Below are positions 55,401-60,505 of a stretch of DNA of 60,505 bases, piece by piece (within the stretch, counting starts at the first letter, position 1; every line of letters begins with the position of its first letter). The translations under genes and the position numbers were made by a program. The notes below the pieces were generated by a model that saw only the letters and a list, made by a program, of their open reading frames with translations, was not told the DNA's origin and did not search any database. Source of the stretch: a virus (lineage: Duplodnaviria > Caudoviricetes). The stretch is taken from the IMG/VR virus record IMGVR_UViG_3300010354_000095, positions 1 to 60,505 of that record. One strand, 5' to 3'.

Positions 55401-57777
55401 GTCATTGCAAGGAAACATTGTAGCTGAACAGACAGCTCGTCTTGCTGAGGATTTGTCATTACAAGGAAACATTGTAGCAGAGCAAACAGCTCGTATTGCT
55501 GAGGACTTGTCATTACAAGCTAATATTACAGCAGAGCAAACAGCTCGTATTGCTGAGGACTTGTCATTACAAGCTAATATTACAGCAGAGCAAACAGCTC
55601 GTATTGCCGAGGACTTATCATTGCAAGCTAATATTACAGCAGAGCAAACAGCTCGTATTGCCGAGGACTTGTCATTACAAGGAAATATTGTAGCTGAACA
55701 GACAGCTCGTATTGCTGAGGACTTGTCATTACAAGGAAATATTGTAGCTGAACAGACAGCTCGTGTTGCTGAAGACTTGTCATTGCAAGCCAATATTGTA
55801 GCTGAACAGACAGCTCGTGTTGCTGAAGACTTGTCATTGCAAGCCAATATTGTAGCTGAACAGACAGCTCGTATTGCTGAGGACTTGTCATTACAAGGAA
55901 ATATTAATTTATTATCAGATAGTCTAGCCAATATTGCTTTCGACGGATTATTAGATATTCTCGACACAAACAATTTAACCAATATTTTTTATCCGACATT
56001 TGTTGAGAATAGAACTGTCAGTCAATATGTAAGAGCAGATGTTGATCTTACATATAGATCGGATACCAATACTTTAAGCACAGGTAATATTTCGGTATCT
56101 AATAAAGTTGAAACTAATTCCTTGGTGGTTAATACTGGTATAAATTCGAGTTTGGCAGCTACAATTAGTGGATTTAGCTCGATATCTGCACAATACTTTT
56201 TGGGCGACGGCGGTAATATTTCTAATGTTCAGCTTGGAAATATCTCCGGAATTGGCAATATTTCATCTATCAATTTAGATGGTAATATTAGTAATGCTTT
56301 ATTAGGTAATGGCACTTGGGGTCCTGTTGATGCAGGTATTCCTAATAGAATCGAGAATGGAACATCAAATATTTCGATTCCTGCAGCCGGTGCTAATGCT
56401 ACCGTTAATATAAACAATTTGACTTGGACCTTTGACAGCACTGGCAATATAAATTTACCCGGTGGCGGGATCGTTGTTGGATCTGATTATGAAATTGGTC
56501 TTATTGCCGGTAGTGACGGTATGGCTATAGCTGGTACTGTAAACATAGCCACTATCAATCCTGCTATAGGACAATCTTTCTCATGGCAGTTTAACTCCTT
56601 GGGCGAATTAGAGCTGCCGCAGGGCGGTTTGATCAAAGAAGGTAATGGTCCATTTGGTAGCAGTATCACTTTAGAACCAGCTAATATCACAGATGGTGAT
56701 CAGGTGCTGCTAGTATATCCTACAGCAGCCGAAGGTAATCATCTGCACCTAACCACAGGCAATCTTTACAACACTGAACTATACCTAGGCAGTGACAACT
56801 ACTATGTAAAGTTGTCCAACAGCGGGTCTATCCTACTTAATGCCAACGATAATAATGGTTCTCAAGCCACTTGGGAATTTATGCCTCTTGGCAATTTAAG
56901 ACTCCCCCAAGGAGGTGTAATTAGCGAAGTATCAAATCCTAGTGGTTTCCCAGGATATGCTCTATCCTTTACCCCAGATCCTGTCAATGCCATCAACCCC
57001 AATCAGCAATTACTGGTTTATCCCACTGGCGGCGTAGACTTCAATCACCTGCATCTAACTTCGGGCGATTTGTATGACACAGAACTGTTCCTGGGCAACG
57101 ACAATCTTCATGTCAAGTTGGCCAACACCGGCGATGTGGAAATTCGCACTGATGACAACGCAGGCAATGTTGCACTATGGAGATTTGGCACAGACGGTGT
57201 ATTAACATTCCCTAGCAACGGGAATATTATTTTTGATAATAGTGCTAGCAGTTCTATCGACGGTATTACTAGCATAGTTTATGCCGATGATACAGTTCAA
57301 ACTACAGCCTGGGCGGGTAATATTGATCGAATTGAAAGTGGTTCGGCAAATGTTGTTGTTTCTAGTACCGGGGTAGTAAGTTTACCGGCTGTAGGTAATA
57401 GCCAAGTTACAATTTCTGGTGCAACTAAAACGGTTAATGGTAATCCATACTCGGTTAGAAGTTCTTATAGCAACGAATTTGAAATTTGGAAGGCCAGCAA
57501 CGATGATGTAATTGCAGCCAAAATTACTATAAGATTACATAATGACTATTATACCTATACTGAATTATTTGATGTTTTAATGGTTAAGGAGGCAACTAAT
57601 AATGCCAATGTTAGCTTTAGTATAGGACCGAGAATTAAATCAAACGATTCGTATCCTGACGGTGTTGTGGATGTGAGATTAAGCGATGGTAACAAATTAA
57701 CTTTATATTATACAAGTGTACAGGGCGATGCAAGCTTCTATACATTTGATGCTGTTGAGTTTAGAAAAACTGTTTAA
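49468..57777 (+). CDS. Very long fibre protein (2769 aa): attachment N-terminus, coiled-coil shaft, beta-rich distal domains
   Basis: N-terminal QILLKRG...G..GEI..DT....LRI.DG.TPGG fibre motif; repeated LDSLTEIVAAF nodes; EQTARIAEDLSLQANIVA repeats. Confidence 0.88.
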   Translation: MTIDSQVINLNARQILLKRGNGLIMSTYVGPLGEITLDTTLNTLRIQDGETPGGIVIPTQSNVVVEVAQAIEEIADTTVQNSITNALIPVNANIIAANAAIASLLTTISSFTANAPGNLNTFAEIAAAIGNDPNYSSNVFISISNTQANINIEKTRALAAETLLRNDLDAEVASRLAAEDALRDDIEYILSNQLSLPAEISARQAGDAALQTNITAEVNARTSADQQIQANISLEKIAREAVDSLILTILTNESNTRASGLAGLQANLVVESLNRSNADNNLQAQINSILNNTNPAALDSLTEIVAAFQSSDSNVLSTAYTLSTLANTRILAEETARINADTVLQNNINTEATTRANADSQLQANINVVQNNLNNEANIRLAADTALQGNINAEASTRLAADTTLQNNINAEASTRATNDNILQANIDVETAARISADTTLQNNINTEASTRATNDNILQANINVETAARISADTTLQNNINAEASTRSTADTTLQNNINTEANTREVNDLALSNAIVANITAEQIARTLALNSLHTLLDSNIATERAERISSDNNLQQQINNVIINTDPIALNSLAEIVVAFQSADSNLIGAVNSIATGVTNTVNVLRDEVEVIQTAIIAEIERAIYVDDAIEANLNAEISNRIAADNILQTNINNEASIRLNEDLSLQANIVAERTARIAEDLSLQANIVAEQTARIQAVTSEAATRLAEDLSLQANIVSEQTARIQAVSSEAATRLAEDLSLQANIVAEQTARIAEDLSLQANIVAEQTARIAEDLSLQANINSEENLRIINDQLIQSNLTAETAARISNDQILQSNIDIETLNRISSDNTLQSNIDAEEAARIQAVSSEAATRLAEDLSLQANIVAEQTARIAEDLSLQANIVAEETARIQAVTSEAATRLAEDLSLQANITAEETARIQAVSSEAATRLAEDLSLQANITAEETARIQAISSEAATRLAEDLSLQANIAAEEAARIQAISSEAATRLAEDLSLQANIVAEETARIQAVSNEASARLAEDLSLQANIVAEQTARIAEDLSLQSNIATEEAARIQAVSNEASTRLAEDLSLQANIVAEQTARIAEDLSLQANIVAEQTARIAEDLSLQGNIVAEQTARIAEDLSLQSNINNLNQSLAVIAKTGSHTDLVDFPVFYSDANTLIGYTYLNNNLGSNSIGNLFILGNIDNFDKSITTQYVRSHSTTDLVLSPGAGRQTVSYGNLVPQFSNSYNLGTPTDYWSNIYGNNLVAAGNVDVYMNLNVNGKVLAKEFGNILPIDDNTQYLGSEIKRWHSLYVGPGSIDIDGVIIGSSNDGKILISEVNNPPKEIAFSIDLSAEINARTQAINDEANSRIDSDTLLQANIDIEEAARIQADSSEAAARLAEDLSLQANIIAEQTARIAEDLSLQANIVAEQTARLAEDLSLQGNIVAEQTARLAEDLSLQGNIVAEQTARIQAVSSEAATRLAEDLSLQANIAAEEAARIQAVSSEASARLTEDLSLQANIISEQTARIQAVSSEAATRLAEDLSLQANIVAEQTARMQAISDEMSSRVSFDLILQANIDAEEAARIQAVSSEAATRLAEDLSLQANIDAEEAARIQAVSSEAATRLAEDLSLQANIAAETSARISSNLTIAGIITNLDSAVNTRIESAVGSSFITISGMIEDEADARELAIDTAIATEQLARQQADNSLQSQINNIITNIDPVALDSLTEIVAAFQSEDSDLLATLNNLSSSSSSNLSVEINRAISAEQALQANIDIEETARIAEDLSLQANIVAEQTARIAEDLSLQANIIAEQTARVAEDLSLQSNIVAEQTARIQAVSNEASTRLAEDLSLQANIVAEQTARIQAVSNEASTRLAEDLSLQANIVAEQTARIQAVSNEATTRIAEDLSLQANIVAEQTARIAEDLSLQANIDIEEAARIQAVSSEATTRLAEDLSLQGNIVAEQTARIAEDLSLQANIVAEQTARIAEDLSLQGNIVAEQTARLAEDLSLQGNIVAEQTARIAEDLSLQANITAEQTARIAEDLSLQANITAEQTARIAEDLSLQANITAEQTARIAEDLSLQGNIVAEQTARIAEDLSLQGNIVAEQTARVAEDLSLQANIVAEQTARVAEDLSLQANIVAEQTARIAEDLSLQGNINLLSDSLANIAFDGLLDILDTNNLTNIFYPTFVENRTVSQYVRADVDLTYRSDTNTLSTGNISVSNKVETNSLVVNTGINSSLAATISGFSSISAQYFLGDGGNISNVQLGNISGIGNISSINLDGNISNALLGNGTWGPVDAGIPNRIENGTSNISIPAAGANATVNINNLTWTFDSTGNINLPGGGIVVGSDYEIGLIAGSDGMAIAGTVNIATINPAIGQSFSWQFNSLGELELPQGGLIKEGNGPFGSSITLEPANITDGDQVLLVYPTAAEGNHLHLTTGNLYNTELYLGSDNYYVKLSNSGSILLNANDNNGSQATWEFMPLGNLRLPQGGVISEVSNPSGFPGYALSFTPDPVNAINPNQQLLVYPTGGVDFNHLHLTSGDLYDTELFLGNDNLHVKLANTGDVEIRTDDNAGNVALWRFGTDGVLTFPSNGNIIFDNSASSSIDGITSIVYADDTVQTTAWAGNIDRIESGSANVVVSSTGVVSLPAVGNSQVTISGATKTVNGNPYSVRSSYSNEFEIWKASNDDVIAAKITIRLHNDYYTYTELFDVLMVKEATNNANVSFSIGPRIKSNDSYPDGVVDVRLSDGNKLTLYYTSVQGDASFYTFDAVEFRKTV
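50460..55900 (+). repeat. Coiled-coil coding repeats (54-bp and 33-bp units) in three blocks
   Basis: 18-aa EQTARIAEDLSLQANIVA and 11-aa EETARIQAVSS units at about 50460-52860, 53560-54350 and 54740-55900. Confidence 0.92.
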
Positions 57778-57787
57778 GGTATAAACA

Positions 57788-60505
57788 ATGACTAAGAAAC
57801 TTTTAAGAATAGACGGAATTCAAGTTGGTTTGGTTCCTTTAAGTTCAACCGGAAATATTATTAATACTGGTGGCCCAATCGATTTATCAAATAGTAATAT
57901 CAATTGGACATCGGTGACTAATAGACCAACACAATTGAGTCAGTTTAGTAACGATACTAATTTTGCTAATTTAACTTATGTAGACAATAAGATCGCTGAT
58001 TTAGTTAATAGTGCACCTTCAACTCTTGATACATTGAAAGAAATTGCCGATTCATTAGGCAACGATGCTAGTTTGGCTACTACTTTAACCAACAGTATTG
58101 CTACAAAGTTGGCAACTGCTGATTTTAATAGTACAGCTAATAATTGGATTAGTACTAAATCAACTACAGATTTATCCGAAGGTACAAATCAATATTTTAC
58201 TAATGCTCGCGCTCGTAGTGCAATTACCGTAATTGGGAATTTATCGTATACCGAAGCAACTGGTGTAATCAGTTATAGTACTCCTACAACCGATGGTGTT
58301 TTTGAAGGTGTAATTAATAAATATTTTACTGTAGAGCGTGCTCGAGACTCTTTTATTGCTGGAAACGGATTAGATTATTCTTCGGGACAATTCAGTGTTA
58401 ACACTTCAATAATTGCTACTAAAGCTAGTTTATCTACTGTAGCTACCAGTGGTTCTTATAATGATTTAACTAATACTCCTCTTCTTGCTACTGTAGCTAC
58501 CAGTGGTTCTTATAATGATTTAACTAATACTCCTCTTCTTGCTACTGTAGCTACCAGTGGTTCTTATAATGATTTAAGCAATAAACCAACCGTATTAAGT
58601 TCGTTCACTAACGATACTAATTTTGCTAATATAACTTATGTTGATAATAAGGTTGCCGATTTAGTTAATAGTGCACCTTCAACGCTAGATACATTAAAGG
58701 AAATCGCCGATTCGTTGGGCAACGACCCAAATTTATCAATTACTTTAATGTCTAGCATTGGTACAAAATTAGCTACAGCCGATTTTAGCATTACAGCAAA
58801 TACTTGGATTAGTACTAAATCAACTACAGATTTATCCGAAGGTACAAATCAATATTTTACTAATGCTCGTGCTCGTAGTTCGATCTCCGTTGGAGGTAAT
58901 TTAACTTATAATAGTACCACAGGAATTATTGAATATTATCTTCCAAATGTGGTTAGTACCTTAGCTATAATTGGAGCAAATCTGAATGTATCCAAAACAG
59001 ATGGAAGTACCATTGATTTAGGTTCGGTTTTAGGCTACACCGGTAGTCAAGGAGATCAAGGTATTCAAGGAACTACCGGATATACAGGTAGTCAAGGAGA
59101 TCAAGGCGTAGTTGGTTATACCGGTAGTCAAGGAGATCAAGGTATTCAAGGAACTACCGGATATACAGGTAGCCAAGGAGATCAAGGCGTAGTTGGTTAT
59201 ACCGGTAGTCAAGGAGATCAGGGTATAGTTGGTTATACAGGTAGCCAAGGAGATCAAGGCGTAGTTGGTTATACCGGTAGTCAAGGAGATCAGGGTATAG
59301 TTGGTTATACAGGTAGCCAAGGAGATCAAGGTATTCAAGGAACTACCGGATATACCGGTAGTCAAGGAGATCAGGGTGTAGTTGGTTATACCGGTAGTCA
59401 AGGAGATCAAGGCATTCAGGGTACTACTGGATATACAGGTAGCCAAGGAGATCAGGGTGTAGTTGGTTATACCGGTAGTCAAGGAGATCAAGGCATTCAG
59501 GGTACTACTGGATATACAGGTAGCCAAGGAGATCAAGGCGTAGTTGGTTATACCGGTAGTCAAGGAGATCAAGGCATTCAGGGTACTACTGGATACACAG
59601 GTAGCCAAGGCGATCAGGGAATAACCGGATACACAGGTAGTCAAGGAGATCAAGGCATTCAGGGTACTACTGGATATACAGGATCCAAAGGAGATACAGG
59701 ATTAGGATTTAGCATAGCAAAAAGCTATGCAAGTGTAGCAGCACTAACTGCCGATACAAATCCAACTGGGATATCGGCAGGTGAGTTTGCAATAATCGAA
59801 ACGGGCGATGTTGAGGATGCTGAAAATAGTAGATTATATTTATGGAATGGGTCTGCTTATAGCTATGTAACTGATTTATCGGGAGCAGCAGGTATTACTG
59901 GCCCTGCAGGCATTCAGGGAACTACTGGTTATACAGGTAGCCAAGGCGATCAGGGAACTACTGGTTATACAGGTAGCCAAGGCGATCAGGGTATAGTTGG
60001 TTATACCGGTAGCCAAGGAGATCAGGGCATTCAAGGAACTACCGGATACACAGGTAGCCAAGGCGATCAGGGAATAACCGGATACACAGGTAGTCAAGGA
60101 GATCAAGGCATTCAGGGAATAACCGGATATACAGGTAGCCAAGGAGATCAGGGTGTAGTTGGTTATACCGGTAGTCAAGGAGATCAAGGCATTCAGGGAA
60201 CTACTGGTTATACAGGTAGCCAAGGAGATCAGGGAATAACCGGATATACCGGTAGTCAAGGAGATCAAGGCATTCAGGGAACTACTGGTTATACAGGTAG
60301 CCAAGGAGATCAGGGAATAACCGGATATACAGGTAGCCAAGGAGATCAAGGCATTCAGGGAACTACTGGTTATACAGGTAGCCAAGGAGATCAAGGCATT
60401 CAAGGAACTACTGGTTATACAGGTAGCCAAGGCGATCAGGGTGCAGTGGGTTATGCCGGTAGTGTTGGTTATACCGGAAGTGCTGGTCCCGTGGCAGGTT
60501 CTGCT
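57788..60505 (+). CDS. Collagen-like fibre protein (3' end outside the window; missing from the ORF track)
   Basis: ATG 57788 MTKKLLRIDG... after an AAGGT RBS; APSTLDTLKEIADSLGND, TTDLSEGTNQYFTNARAR and LATVATSGSYNDL fibre motifs, then in-frame Gly-X-Y repeats to the window end. Confidence 0.9.
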   Translation, partial: MTKKLLRIDGIQVGLVPLSSTGNIINTGGPIDLSNSNINWTSVTNRPTQLSQFSNDTNFANLTYVDNKIADLVNSAPSTLDTLKEIADSLGNDASLATTLTNSIATKLATADFNSTANNWISTKSTTDLSEGTNQYFTNARARSAITVIGNLSYTEATGVISYSTPTTDGVFEGVINKYFTVERARDSFIAGNGLDYSSGQFSVNTSIIATKASLSTVATSGSYNDLTNTPLLATVATSGSYNDLTNTPLLATVATSGSYNDLSNKPTVLSSFTNDTNFANITYVDNKVADLVNSAPSTLDTLKEIADSLGNDPNLSITLMSSIGTKLATADFSITANTWISTKSTTDLSEGTNQYFTNARARSSISVGGNLTYNSTTGIIEYYLPNVVSTLAIIGANLNVSKTDGSTIDLGSVLGYTGSQGDQGIQGTTGYTGSQGDQGVVGYTGSQGDQGIQGTTGYTGSQGDQGVVGYTGSQGDQGIVGYTGSQGDQGVVGYTGSQGDQGIVGYTGSQGDQGIQGTTGYTGSQGDQGVVGYTGSQGDQGIQGTTGYTGSQGDQGVVGYTGSQGDQGIQGTTGYTGSQGDQGVVGYTGSQGDQGIQGTTGYTGSQGDQGITGYTGSQGDQGIQGTTGYTGSKGDTGLGFSIAKSYASVAALTADTNPTGISAGEFAIIETGDVEDAENSRLYLWNGSAYSYVTDLSGAAGITGPAGIQGTTGYTGSQGDQGTTGYTGSQGDQGIVGYTGSQGDQGIQGTTGYTGSQGDQGITGYTGSQGDQGIQGITGYTGSQGDQGVVGYTGSQGDQGIQGTTGYTGSQGDQGITGYTGSQGDQGIQGTTGYTGSQGDQGITGYTGSQGDQGIQGTTGYTGSQGDQGIQGTTGYTGSQGDQGAVGYAGSVGYTGSAGPVAGSA
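57950..58878 (+). repeat. Duplicated ~270-bp coding module, 660 bp apart
   Basis: NDTNFAN.TYVDNK.ADLVNSAPSTLDTLKEIADSLGND...STTDLSEGTNQYFTNARARS at about 57950-58219 and 58610-58879. Confidence 0.88.
58434..58577 (+). repeat. Perfect 54-bp tandem repeat, about 2.7 copies
   Basis: ctactgtagctaccagtggttcttataatgatttaactaatactcctcttcttg starts at 58434, 58488 and 58542 (partial). Confidence 0.95.
59033..60486 (+). repeat. Collagen-like Gly-X-Y repeats in two blocks
   Basis: GYT-GSQ-GDQ-(GIQ)-(GTT/GVV/GIV/GIT) units at about 59033-59700 and 59882-60486, separated by a ~60-aa non-repeat domain. Confidence 0.95.

Noticed and set aside
50151-60430. Many minus-strand and alternate-frame ORFs in the track (for example 55248-55982, 59030-59653, 59876-60430)
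   Set aside because: They are shadows of repetitive plus-strand fibre genes, with no RBS or promoter support.
50460-60486. Repeat arrays as CRISPR or non-coding repeats
   Set aside because: Unit lengths are multiples of 3, variation is mainly at synonymous positions, there are no unique spacers, and no cas genes are visible. They are coding repeats.
49468-60505. Diversity-generating retroelement targeting the fibres
   Set aside because: No reverse transcriptase is present and I saw no template/variable repeat pair differing only at adenines.

Overview
This window is part of a large, AT-rich, T4-related contractile-tailed phage genome (standard genetic code, almost all genes on the + strand), not a bacterial chromosome. 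From left to right it holds: (1) the end of a fibre/virion-decoration cluster (1-4352); (2) glycan module I, with a 1354-aa GT4-GT2-GT2-GT2-FkbM fusion followed by HldC-like, HldA-like, cupin and HAD genes (4448-10265); (3) T4-like morphogenesis genes gp15, gp14, gp13, sheath, tube, baseplate-tube protein, gp4 and small and large terminase, mixed with Nudix, dNMP kinase, a frameshifted HNH gene and likely internal head proteins (10249-29669); (4) gp32, UvsX and UvsY (29807-32631); (5) glycan module II with a methyltransferase, DUF5672, GT9, a 2OG-Fe(II) oxygenase and GT4 (34656-39647); (6) small early genes and an AAA+ ATPase; (7) UvsW, a Hint-fold-like ORF, a gp62-like subunit and a ~200-aa miniature DnaE (43731-48609); (8) a 2769-aa coiled-coil fibre and a collagen-like fibre that runs off the right edge. 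The most notable observations are an apparent leaderless-mRNA programme at both sigma70-type and T4-late-type promoters, a miniature C-family polymerase keeping all three catalytic Asp motifs, a phage-encoded heptose activation/transfer system beside Ser/Thr-rich fibres, hairpin-gated late translation of gp13, and a GC-rich candidate structured RNA at 41382-41456. All functional calls come from recognising motifs by eye; no database searches were run.
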